Shown in pieces: positions 27,163-36,091 of a stretch of 64,000 bases of DNA. How positions within the stretch are numbered: the first letter of the stretch is position 1; each line of letters begins with the position of its first letter. The stretch is from Thermoplasmatota archaeon (GTDB taxonomy: Archaea > Thermoplasmatota > Thermoplasmata > UBA10834). Location of the stretch: contig JBFMHR010000002.1 in assembly GCA_040751795.1 (NCBI GenBank), forward strand, positions 224,001 to 288,000, given 5' to 3'. The translations under genes were made by a program, and so were the position numbers. The notes beneath the pieces were generated by a model. The model ran no database searches. It had not been told where the DNA came from and saw only the letters and a program-made list of their open reading frames with translations.

Positions 27163-29106
27163 CTGTACGTCTTCAGCACCTGCCCGAGGGACTGCTACGA
27201 CACCTGTTCAATGGTCACCAGGGTGAAGGACGGCCGCCTCCACGGCTCCGAGCCGAACAGCAAGCACCCGTTCACCGGCGACCTCCTCTGCCCCAAGGGG
27301 CGCAACCTCACCCAGTACGTCTACTCCAAGCAGAGGCTCCTCTACCCGATGAGGCGGACGGGCCCGAAGGGCTCGGGCCGGTTCGAGAAGGTCACCTGGA
27401 ACGACGCGCTCAAGGAGATCGCCCAGAAGGCGCGGGAGGCCTCCGAGAAGCACGGGCCCGAGTCGGTGCTGCAGTTCGACTACGCCGGGACGATGGGGCT
27501 CGTGCAGAGGCACTTCCCGAGCAGGTTCTTCAACGCCATCGGCGCCTCGAGGGTGTCGCACACGATCTGCTCCCGGGCGGGGGACAAGGCCCTCGAGATC
27601 GTCTGGGGGTCGAGCCTGGGCATGCTGCCCGAGGAGATCGAGGAGTGCAGGCTCATTATCGTCTGGGGGATGAACGTCGCATGGAGCAGCCCGCACGGCT
27701 TCGAGATCCTGAAGCGCGCGGCGAAGCGCGGCGCCAAGATCTACGTCATAGACCCACTGAGGACACCGACCGCCGAGATAGGCATCCACCTCCAGATCCG
27801 CCCGGCGACCGACTCCGCCCTCGCGCTCGGCATCATGAACCACCTCATCCAGAACAGGCTCTGCAACGAGATCTTCCTGGAGAGGAACGCCGTCGGCTTC
27901 GACAGGCTCGCGGGCGTGGCCGGCAAGTTCGACATGACCACGATCTCCAAGGCGACGGGCCTGACGACGAGGCAGATCGAGGACTTCATAGGCGACTACG
28001 TGTCCCTGAGGCCCAACTGCATCATGATCGGCTACGGCATGCAGAGGCAGAGGAACGGCGGCGAGATGGTCAGGGCGATAAGCACCCTCCCCGCACTCAT
28101 CGGGGAGAACCGGGGCTTCTTCTACTCCACGGACCTGGGCAACTTCGACATGGACTACCTCGAGGGCAGCGCGCTCAGGACCAGGAGGCGGGTGACGCAC
28201 AACATGGTGGACATCGGGCGCACCCTCCAGTCCGGCAGGGTGAGGATGATGTTCGTGTACAACTGCAACCCGCTGGCGACCCTGCCCAACCAGTCCCTGG
28301 TCAGGAAGGGCTTCGCGAGTGACGACGTCTACACCGTGGTGCACGACCTGTTCCAGACGGACACGGCCGACTACGCCGACATGGTGCTCCCCGCGACGAG
28401 CTTCTTCGAGCACTATGACATCAACACGTCGTACTTCCACAGCTACCTCTCCGTGAACGAGAAGGCAATCGAGCCCATCGGCGAGGCGAGGAGCAACAGC
28501 GACACCTTCAGGGCCATCGCCTCCGCCATGGGGCTGACCCAGAGGGAGCTCTTCGAGGAGGACGAGAAGGTCGCGAAGACGTTGGTGTCGAAGAGCAAGT
28601 CCGTGGAGGGAAGGTCCGAGGACATCACCAAGAAGGGCTTCCTGAGACTCAAGGTCCCGGACAGGAGGACCTACGCCACCCCGTCCAAGAAGATCGAGCT
28701 GTACTCCGCGTCGGCCGAGGCGGAGGGCCTGGGCGGCCTGCCGTCGCACGTGCCGGTCTCCAGCACCCTGCCGTACATGCTCCTCACGCCCGTGCACAAG
28801 TTCCTGGTCAGGTCGCAGTACCACCAGAGGTGGCAGGACATCAGGCCCATCGTCTACATGAACCCCAAGGACGCCAAGGCCGAGGGGGCGGAGGGCGGGT
28901 CGACCGTCACGCTCGCCAACGAGCTGGGCGAGTGGGAGGTCGAGTGCGAGGTCTCCGACGCGGTGCCGCGCGGGGTGATCGTGGCGTACTCGGCCCTGTG
29001 GCCCAAGCTCAGCGGAGGGATGAGCGCCAACTTCCTCACGACAGACTTCGTCCAGAGGTACGGCCAGAACTCCGCCTTCAACTCCACGTTCGTCAAGCTG
29101 CTCTGA
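27163..29106 (+). CDS. Molybdopterin-dependent oxidoreductase (DMSO reductase superfamily, uncharacterised group); probable CTG start
   Basis: CPRDCYDTC...LCPKG 4Fe-4S motif, RLLYPMRR, TICSRAG, DTADYADMVLPA, MNPKDA; the Fe-S motif lies upstream of the first ATG (27211). Confidence 0.9.
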   Translation: MYVFSTCPRDCYDTCSMVTRVKDGRLHGSEPNSKHPFTGDLLCPKGRNLTQYVYSKQRLLYPMRRTGPKGSGRFEKVTWNDALKEIAQKAREASEKHGPESVLQFDYAGTMGLVQRHFPSRFFNAIGASRVSHTICSRAGDKALEIVWGSSLGMLPEEIEECRLIIVWGMNVAWSSPHGFEILKRAAKRGAKIYVIDPLRTPTAEIGIHLQIRPATDSALALGIMNHLIQNRLCNEIFLERNAVGFDRLAGVAGKFDMTTISKATGLTTRQIEDFIGDYVSLRPNCIMIGYGMQRQRNGGEMVRAISTLPALIGENRGFFYSTDLGNFDMDYLEGSALRTRRRVTHNMVDIGRTLQSGRVRMMFVYNCNPLATLPNQSLVRKGFASDDVYTVVHDLFQTDTADYADMVLPATSFFEHYDINTSYFHSYLSVNEKAIEPIGEARSNSDTFRAIASAMGLTQRELFEEDEKVAKTLVSKSKSVEGRSEDITKKGFLRLKVPDRRTYATPSKKIELYSASAEAEGLGGLPSHVPVSSTLPYMLLTPVHKFLVRSQYHQRWQDIRPIVYMNPKDAKAEGAEGGSTVTLANELGEWEVECEVSDAVPRGVIVAYSALWPKLSGGMSANFLTTDFVQRYGQNSAFNSTFVKLL

Positions 29107-29109
29107 GCC

Positions 29110-30492
29110 TCAGTCCTCCTGCTTCGCCCCGGGCGAGCCGAAGAACTCCCTGTGGATCGCGGTTATCGTCTTCTTGAGGTCCTTGTGGTCGACGGTGAAG
29201 TGGTAGGCGACCGTGGACGCCCCGGCGGATATCAGCTCGACGTTGACCTTCTTCGCCGCGACCGCCCTGAACACCCTGGCCGCGACGCCCTCGGTGTAGC
29301 CGAGGCCTTCTCCGACGGTGCACACGAGCGCCACCCCCGGCTTGATCTCGAAGCTCTCGCCGACGCCGCCTATGACGCCCTTGATGGCCCTCTTGGCCTG
29401 GGGGATCTGCTGCTCGTCTATGAGGACCGCCACGCAGGTCTGGGACGTGGTGGCGGAGAATATGTTGACCTCCTCATCCGAGAGGCAGTTGGTGATGTCC
29501 GCGAGGAACCCTGACTTGTAGCCGGCGCCCGTGTCGTACACCTTCAGCGTCGCTATCTTCGGCACGTACGACACGCTCTTGATGACGTCCTTGCGGGTCA
29601 TCTTGCCGTTGCCGATTGTCGTGCCGGGCGACTCGGGGGTGTAGAGGTTCTTGATGATGATCTCGATCCCCTTGATCCTGGCCGGCTGGACGGCCCTGGC
29701 GTGGAGGACCTGGGCGCCGAAGTAGGCCAGCTCCGCGGCCTCCTCGTACGAGAGCCTGTCGATCATGAACGCGTCCTTGACCAGCTTGGGGTCTGCGCTC
29801 ATGAACCCGTCGACCTCCTTCCATATCTCGATCGGCTTGGCGCCGGTGGAGTACGCGACCACCGCGGCGGTGTAGTCCGTCCCGCTGCGGCCGACCGTGG
29901 TCACGTGCCCGTCCTGGGTGATCCCGAAGAAGCCCGTGACGACGGGGACGATCCCCTTCTCCGTCGCGCTCTTGAGGGTCGGGCCCATGTTCATCTCGCA
30001 CAGGTCGAGGAGCGCCACCGCGTTCCCGTGCTGCTCGTTGGTGATGAACCCGAGCGCGTCCGTCTCCATGGGGACGGCGTCGATCCCGTCGTGCGAGAGC
30101 CTGGACGCGACCACTATCGCAGAGAGCCGCTCGCCGAAGCTCAGGATCAGGTCCTTCGTCCTCGGGGTCAGCTCCTCCGTGTAGGTTATGCCGTACAGGA
30201 GCCGCTCGAGCTTGGTGACCTTCCCCTCGATCATGTTGAGGGACTCCTTCCTGGCGGCACCGTCGCTCCTGGGCAGCGTGTCTATGTGCCTCATCCTGAG
30301 CGCGAGGAGGAAGTCGTCGATCTCCCTCTCCTGCCGCGGCTTGGATATGAAGTCCTTCAGGGCGTTCGTGACGCCGGACGCGGCCGACACGACGACGACC
30401 TTCTGGTCCTTCTCCGACCCGACCACACCGGATACCCTGTCCAGGGCGTCCTCCGTCCCGAGGCACGTCCCTCCGAACTTCATCACCTTCAA
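29110..30492 (-). CDS. lysC: Aspartate kinase with ACT domains
   Basis: KVMKFGGT, VVVVSA, SFGERLS, TVGRSGTDYTA, VDGFMSADP; TTG start in TTGA overlap. Confidence 0.93.
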   Translation of the reverse strand: MKVMKFGGTCLGTEDALDRVSGVVGSEKDQKVVVVSAASGVTNALKDFISKPRQEREIDDFLLALRMRHIDTLPRSDGAARKESLNMIEGKVTKLERLLYGITYTEELTPRTKDLILSFGERLSAIVVASRLSHDGIDAVPMETDALGFITNEQHGNAVALLDLCEMNMGPTLKSATEKGIVPVVTGFFGITQDGHVTTVGRSGTDYTAAVVAYSTGAKPIEIWKEVDGFMSADPKLVKDAFMIDRLSYEEAAELAYFGAQVLHARAVQPARIKGIEIIIKNLYTPESPGTTIGNGKMTRKDVIKSVSYVPKIATLKVYDTGAGYKSGFLADITNCLSDEEVNIFSATTSQTCVAVLIDEQQIPQAKRAIKGVIGGVGESFEIKPGVALVCTVGEGLGYTEGVAARVFRAVAAKKVNVELISAGASTVAYHFTVDHKDLKKTITAIHREFFGSPGAKQED

Positions 30493-31262
30493 GGCCTCAC
30501 CTCTTGAGATGGATGCGGGGAGCACGAGTAGCACGCGGCGGGCATCCTCGAGTGGGCCGTGAGCCTCTCGGGGCTGTGCGCCACCTCGACCAGCTCGGGC
30601 AGCCTCCCGTGGACGGCGACCTCGCCGTCGAACATGGCCAGGCCCCCCGCCATCCCGGGGACGCCCTTGAACGGGTCGAAGCATGTCGCGAGCGACCCGC
30701 GCCCGCGGACCCTGTTGCCGATGGCGGTGGCCAGCGCGTCGGCGAGCGCCGCCGAGTCGGCGATGGCGACCGCGACGTCCGCATCGCCCAGGCTGATGGA
30801 GTGCCCGAGCCTCCCGCTCGACGTGCATACTCCGAACGCGCCCCCGGCCGGCTCGAGCCTCAGCCCGAACGCGGTCCTGGCGCCCGGCTCGTGGAAGACC
30901 TCCATCGTGACGGGACGGTCGAGGACGAGGGCGACGTCGCCGCCGTTGTCGACCCACCCGTGGGTGCAGCCCTGGGCAACCATGGCCTCCAGCCCCGCCT
31001 GCGCGACGGCCCCTGCGACCGCCGCCATCGGGCCCACGCCGGCCAGCGCCGCGGCGTCGCACATCCTCGCGACCGTCGGCTCAGCGCCGTCGGGGGTGTA
31101 CGGCTCCAGCGTGGCGAGGAAGAACGGGTCCCTGCGGACCTGCCTCTCGACCTCCCTCCTCGCGGCCTTGATGGCGTCGACGGCAGCCTCGACGAACCTG
31201 CCTTCGGCTGCTATGGTCGCTGCCGTCTCGGCGATCTCCACCCTCGCGTGCACGAAAGCCAT
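30489..31262 (-). CDS. UPF0280 / ApbE-like protein (COG2122, MA1715-like, sulfide assimilation)
   Basis: GVGPMAAVAG, DNGGD, GVCTSSGRLGHSISLGDAD, ADALATAIGN. Confidence 0.9.
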   Translation of the reverse strand: MAFVHARVEIAETAATIAAEGRFVEAAVDAIKAARREVERQVRRDPFFLATLEPYTPDGAEPTVARMCDAAALAGVGPMAAVAGAVAQAGLEAMVAQGCTHGWVDNGGDVALVLDRPVTMEVFHEPGARTAFGLRLEPAGGAFGVCTSSGRLGHSISLGDADVAVAIADSAALADALATAIGNRVRGRGSLATCFDPFKGVPGMAGGLAMFDGEVAVHGRLPELVEVAHSPERLTAHSRMPAACYSCSPHPSQEVRP

Positions 31263-31263
31263 C

Positions 31264-31665
31264 TCAGATCAGTATCTCCATGGCGCGGGGCGGGCAGGCG
31301 TCTATGCACACGCCGCACGCCACGCACTTCTCCTCGTTGAAGCTGACCTTCCCGGTCCTGGGGTCGATGGTCAGCGCCTTGGTCGGGCATATGGAGACGC
31401 ACATCCCGCAGTGGGTGCACGCCTCGTCGTCCCTCCTCACGCCCTCCTTGATAGGCCTGACGCCCACCCTGTTCGCCTTCAGGTAGTCGATGCCACCCCT
31501 GATGTCGTCCGCCTTGCCGGAGAGCTCGAGCACCATCTTGCCCCCCACCTCGTCTATCTCCGCCCTCAGTATGTTCACGAGGAGGTGGTGCTTGGCGATC
31601 AGGTTGTGGGTGATCGGCTGGTTCGACGCCTCCGGGCTGAAGGTGAGCACTACCTTGGTCTTCAT
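31264..31665 (-). CDS. NIL-domain 2x[4Fe-4S] ferredoxin (MA1822-like)
   Basis: NIL motif VNILRAEI; CTHCGMCVSICP and CVACGVCIDACP. Confidence 0.9.
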   Translation of the reverse strand: MKTKVVLTFSPEASNQPITHNLIAKHHLLVNILRAEIDEVGGKMVLELSGKADDIRGGIDYLKANRVGVRPIKEGVRRDDEACTHCGMCVSICPTKALTIDPRTGKVSFNEEKCVACGVCIDACPPRAMEILI

Positions 31666-31666
31666 C

Positions 31667-32866
31667 TCAGGTCGCCTCCCTCTCGGTCCTGACGTCCAGG
31701 GTCCTCAGCGGCCGGTCCCTCGGGAAGCTCTGCATGGGCTCCTGCACCGTGAACTCCCCCTTCAGTATCCAGCTCTTCAGCACCTCCGCCACCTTCCGCG
31801 CCTTGTATATGCTCGAGAGGGACGAGGTCGGGACCTGCTTCCCCTTGATCTCGATCTCGCCGGACCTGAGCTCTGCGTAGGACACCTCCCTCAGCACGGG
31901 CCTCGACCTGGTCGCGTGGCTGTAGTCGAACACCGCGGTCGTCACGTCCGCGTCCGTGACGGCGCAGAACCTGGCCATGTCCTCGTCCAGGATCGGTATC
32001 GGCACCCCGACGCCTATGCCCAGCGACGAGCCGTACCTGGTGAAGGTGAGGCCCTTGACGAACTCGGGGTTCATCTGCTTGAGGTCGCCGAGGACCGCGA
32101 GCGTCCCCGCAGGCCTCTTCGGCACCCCGTTGGGCGTCCTCGGGGCGCCCGGGTTGAACTGCGTCCCCTCCCAGATGACGTGCCCCTGGGCGCCGCCCAG
32201 GAATATGCGCGTGCCCACCCCGATGGTCCTGTAGTAGGGGTCGTTGATGAGCGGCGAGAGGGCGCCCGCGCTGCTGAACGTGGCGTTGCCCAGCTCCGGC
32301 AGGAGCTTGCCCATGTAGGTGTAGAGCGTCTTCGAGGACGAGTTGGTCGCGGCCGCGTAGTTCTGGTACGCGTTCCTGACGTTCATCAGGACCGCCTGGT
32401 TCACGGTCTGGAGGCTGACCCAGGTGTCTATCTCCTTCCTGGGGTAGCAGTCCGTGCCGTAGCCCGTGGCCCTCAGCCTCACGGCCTTGCCGCGGACGAG
32501 GTCCTCGATCACGTGGGCGCCGCCGTGGGTCATGTTGTTCGTCTCGTCCAGTGCTGTCGCCCCGATGTAGCCGTCGACGGCCGCCAGCCCCGCCTGGGCG
32601 GGCACGCCGTCGAGCCAGATCCTCTGCATCTTGATCGGGGGCTCGGAGTGGCCGAAGTTGATGTACGCCCCGGAGGAGCACATCGCCCCGAAGGTCCCGG
32701 TCGTGACGACGTCGACCTCCTGGGCCGCCTTCTTGACTCCGTTCGACCTCACGAACGACTTGAACTCGTCTGCGGTCATCACGACGACGTCGCCCTCAGC
32801 GATCTTGCGGCGTATCTCGTCGTAGGTCTTCGGCTTGGCACCGGTCTTCTTCGCCTTCGCGCTCAG
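31667..32866 (-). CDS. DUF39 homocysteine biosynthesis protein (aspartate-semialdehyde sulfurtransferase, MA1821-like, no CBS domain); probable CTG start
   Basis: KTYDEI..KI..G.VVV.TA.E, VDVVTTGTFGAMCSSG, RNAYQNY, TLYTYMG, SPLINDP, GDLKQM. Confidence 0.9.
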   Translation of the reverse strand: MSAKAKKTGAKPKTYDEIRRKIAEGDVVVMTADEFKSFVRSNGVKKAAQEVDVVTTGTFGAMCSSGAYINFGHSEPPIKMQRIWLDGVPAQAGLAAVDGYIGATALDETNNMTHGGAHVIEDLVRGKAVRLRATGYGTDCYPRKEIDTWVSLQTVNQAVLMNVRNAYQNYAAATNSSSKTLYTYMGKLLPELGNATFSSAGALSPLINDPYYRTIGVGTRIFLGGAQGHVIWEGTQFNPGAPRTPNGVPKRPAGTLAVLGDLKQMNPEFVKGLTFTRYGSSLGIGVGVPIPILDEDMARFCAVTDADVTTAVFDYSHATRSRPVLREVSYAELRSGEIEIKGKQVPTSSLSSIYKARKVAEVLKSWILKGEFTVQEPMQSFPRDRPLRTLDVRTEREAT

Positions 32867-33930
32867 ATGAGTCCCTCCCTGTACGCGAGCTCCGCGTTCA
32901 GCACCGATCCCCCGGCCCCGCCCCTGATGGTGTTGTGGACGAGGAGGTAGAACCTCAGCTGGTCTTTCCCCGTCCGGATCCTCCCGACCGTGACGGCCAT
33001 GCCCTTCGCCCTCGCAGGCTCGCCCGCCGACGAGTCGAGCCTCGGCTGCGGCCTGTCCTGCTCCCTGCGGACTATGATCGGCCTCACGGGGGCGCTCGGG
33101 AGGGCCAGCTCCTGGGGCCTCCCCCTGAAGTCCGCGAAGGCCTTCGCCACCTTGTCCGCGTCGGGCATGTCCTTGTGGTGTATGAACACCGCCTCGAGGT
33201 GCCCGTCCCTGGTCGAGACCCGCGCGCAGCTGGCCTCGATGTTGATGGGCGCGTCGACGAACCTCCCGTTGCTGTAGCCCCCGAGGATCTTCCTGCCCTC
33301 GGAGGTCATCTTCTCCTCCTCGCTCCTGATGAAGGGCAGGACGTTCCCGAGTATGTCCAGCGAGGGCACGCCCGGGTGCCCCGCGCCGGAGAGCGCCTGG
33401 TAGGTCGCGACGTAGACCTCCGTGAACCTGAACGCGTCGACCAGGGGCTTGAGCCCGAGGGCTAGGCCCGTCACCGAGCAGTTCGCGTTGGTGACTATGT
33501 AGCCGCCCTTCCTCCTCCGCTGCCTCTGGGCCTCGATGGAGGCGAGGTGGTCCGGGTTGATCTCCGGCAGGAGTATGGGAGTGTCCGGGTCCGTCCTGTG
33601 CGACGCGGCGTTGGAGTAGACGGCCATGCCCTGCTCGGCGCACGCGTCCTCCACCGGGCCCGCGACGTCGGACGGGAGGCCGCTGAACACGACCTCCACC
33701 CCGTCCTTGGCCAGGGCCGCGGCGTCGGTGCCGACGATCGTCTTGGAGCCGAGGCCCGCGTTCAGCTCCACGTCCGGCAGCTTCCAGACGTCGGACAGCC
33801 TCTTCCCCTCCGACCTGTCCGAGGCGCAGTGCGCCACGACGTCGAAGTAGGGGTGTCCGTCGAGCATGTGCGAGAACCTCTGCCCGATCATGCCGCTCGA
33901 GCCGAGTATTGCCGCTCTCTTCTTGGTCAT
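32863..33930 (-). CDS. asd: Aspartate-semialdehyde dehydrogenase (archaeal type)
   Basis: ILGSSGMIGQRF, SNAASHR, TNANCS, YQALSGAG, HNTIRGGAG. Confidence 0.95.
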   Translation of the reverse strand: MTKKRAAILGSSGMIGQRFSHMLDGHPYFDVVAHCASDRSEGKRLSDVWKLPDVELNAGLGSKTIVGTDAAALAKDGVEVVFSGLPSDVAGPVEDACAEQGMAVYSNAASHRTDPDTPILLPEINPDHLASIEAQRQRRRKGGYIVTNANCSVTGLALGLKPLVDAFRFTEVYVATYQALSGAGHPGVPSLDILGNVLPFIRSEEEKMTSEGRKILGGYSNGRFVDAPINIEASCARVSTRDGHLEAVFIHHKDMPDADKVAKAFADFRGRPQELALPSAPVRPIIVRREQDRPQPRLDSSAGEPARAKGMAVTVGRIRTGKDQLRFYLLVHNTIRGGAGGSVLNAELAYREGLI

Positions 33931-33935
33931 CTCTC

Positions 33936-35018
33936 TCACGTCTCCATGTGTTCCTTGGTCGATTCCATCAGCCTGATGAACATGTCGTGGTCGGCCGCGC
34001 AGGACGCCTCCCTCAGCTCGCGGAGCGCGCGCTCCGCCGCCTCGGCCACCTCCTTCGTGTGCGGGTTCAGGGCCTGGATGTCGTGGTAGACCCTCCTGCT
34101 CTCCCCCGAGACCTCCTTCGCCAGCTCCGCCAGCCTCGCGAAGGATGTCCCCTGCGCCTCCCTGAACTCGGACGCCTTCTTGCCGGACGACCTGAGGGCC
34201 GTCCCGAACATCAGGGCGGTCATGTGCGAGAGCCCGAGTATGTAGGCCATCATCCTGTCGTGCTCCTCGAGGTAGAGCTCCACGACGTTCGCCCCGGAGT
34301 CCTTGAATATCCTCCTGGCCCGCGCGGTCGCCTCGCGGCTGCCGCAGTCGCAGACGACCACGTTCAGCCCCTTGGGCGACGGCGCCCTCGGCCCGAACAT
34401 CGGGTGGACGCTCGCGACCGTCACGCCGTCCGCGGCCGCGAGCCTCAGCGTGCTGGATATGTGCGATTTGATGCTGCAGATGTCCATGACGAGTCCCTTC
34501 GGCCGGGCAGCGAGGACCTCCCTGAGCTCCTCCTGGCAGACTCCGAGCGGGCTCGCCACGACCACGATGTCCGCCTCGGCAGCGGCCGGCCCGAGCTCCT
34601 TGGCGGCTGGGTAGCCCTTGCGCCTTCCCCTCGGGTCCCACACCCTGACCTTCGCGCCCCTGTTGGACAGGAACCTGCAGGTCCAGCCGCCCATGCTCCC
34701 CGCGCCGCCGACGACGAGGGCCCTCGTCCCCTCCAGCGGCAGCCTGGGCTCCTGCCTCTGGACCGCGACGGCGTCCGCGATGAGCAGCCTGGCAGCCTCC
34801 TTGGCGAGCCTCTTGTCGGCGCCGGCCGAGGCGGCGAGGCGGGCCATCTTCTCGACGACCTTCCTCTCCCTGGCCGGGTCCCTGACCTTGAGCCCGTCCT
34901 TCCGCTTCGTGAGGCCGATCTCCCGGGCCACGTCGGCCCTCTTAGATATGAGCCTGATGAGTTCGGCGTCGATCCTGTCGACCTCCGCCCTGAGGGCCTC
35001 CAGCTCGTCCACCGTCAC
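33936..35018 (-). CDS. tyrA: Chorismate mutase-prephenate dehydrogenase fusion
   Basis: LEALRAEVDRID..KR..DPARE (AroQ); VGGAGSMG, DICSIK, HPMFGP, EHDRMMA. Confidence 0.9.
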   Translation of the reverse strand: MTVDELEALRAEVDRIDAELIRLISKRADVAREIGLTKRKDGLKVRDPARERKVVEKMARLAASAGADKRLAKEAARLLIADAVAVQRQEPRLPLEGTRALVVGGAGSMGGWTCRFLSNRGAKVRVWDPRGRRKGYPAAKELGPAAAEADIVVVASPLGVCQEELREVLAARPKGLVMDICSIKSHISSTLRLAAADGVTVASVHPMFGPRAPSPKGLNVVVCDCGSREATARARRIFKDSGANVVELYLEEHDRMMAYILGLSHMTALMFGTALRSSGKKASEFREAQGTSFARLAELAKEVSGESRRVYHDIQALNPHTKEVAEAAERALRELREASCAADHDMFIRLMESTKEHMET

Positions 35019-36091
35019 AGGAACCCCCCCTGGAGCATGAGGTCCAGTATGACGGAGGCCGCGGAGTTCTCGACCACCGGCACCGCCCTCGGGACGATGC
35101 ACGGGTCGTGCCTCCCCTTGACCTCCAGCTCGACCGGCGATTTCTTGGCGACGTCGACGCTCATCTGCGGCCTGGCGATCGACGAGGTGGGCTTGAACGC
35201 GACCCTGAACTCTATCGGCATGCCTGTCGAGAGGCCGCCGAGCACCCCGCCCGCGTTGTTGGTCTTGGTCACTATCCTGCCGTTCCTCACCGCGTACGGG
35301 TCGTTGTGCTCGCTGCCCCTCATGGAGGCGGCGCCGAAGCCGGAGCCGAACTCGACCCCCTTGACGCCCGGGATGGAGAACATCATTGCCGACATGGCGC
35401 TCTCTATGGAGCCGAAGAACGGCTCGCCGACGCCGACCGGGACGCCCAGGACCGCGCACTTGACGACCCCGCCGACGGAGTCTTTCTCCTCGTGCGCCTT
35501 TACGATCTCCTCCTTCATGAGCTCCGCGGTCTCCCTGTCGGCGCACCCGACCGGGTTCGCCCTGGCGACCTTCTCCGCGATGCTGTACGGGACCTGCTTC
35601 TCCATGCGGACCGCGCCGATCTGGACCGTCTGGGCCACGACGCGGACGTCGGCCCTGTCGAGCACCTGCCTCGCGACCGCCCCTGCGATCACAAGGCCCG
35701 CCGTCATCCTTCCGGAGAACTGCCCGCCCCCGCGGTGGTCGTGGTGCCCCTTGTACTTCACCATGGCCGGGTAGTCGGCGTGGCCCGGCCTGGGCACCCT
35801 CTTGAACGAATCGTATGCGGACGAGTCGAAGTCCTTGTTCCTCACCAGGCCGACGATGGTCGCCCCGGTCGCCCTGCCGTCGACGACGCCGGAGATGACC
35901 TCGAGCCTGTCCCTCTCGGCCCTCGGGCTGGTTATGACGCCCTTGCCGGGGGACCTCCTGTCCAGCTCGACCTGTATGACTGCCTCGGAGACCTTCGAGC
36001 CGGGCGGGCAGCCGTCGACCTTTGCCCCGACGCAGGGGCCGTGGCTGGAGCCGAACACGCCGACCCTGTACTTAGCACCGAACTCGTTCAT
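35015..36091 (-). CDS. aroC: Chorismate synthase
   Basis: FGSSHG, RPGHADY, GGGQFSGR, KPTSSI, GRHDPC. Confidence 0.96.
   Translation of the reverse strand: MNEFGAKYRVGVFGSSHGPCVGAKVDGCPPGSKVSEAVIQVELDRRSPGKGVITSPRAERDRLEVISGVVDGRATGATIVGLVRNKDFDSSAYDSFKRVPRPGHADYPAMVKYKGHHDHRGGGQFSGRMTAGLVIAGAVARQVLDRADVRVVAQTVQIGAVRMEKQVPYSIAEKVARANPVGCADRETAELMKEEIVKAHEEKDSVGGVVKCAVLGVPVGVGEPFFGSIESAMSAMMFSIPGVKGVEFGSGFGAASMRGSEHNDPYAVRNGRIVTKTNNAGGVLGGLSTGMPIEFRVAFKPTSSIARPQMSVDVAKKSPVELEVKGRHDPCIVPRAVPVVENSAASVILDLMLQGGFL

Noticed and set aside
20060-29106. Pyl (TAG) or Sec (TGA) readthrough in the MtmB homolog or molybdoenzyme
   Set aside because: Both frames are open with ordinary residues (Met, Cys) at the relevant positions
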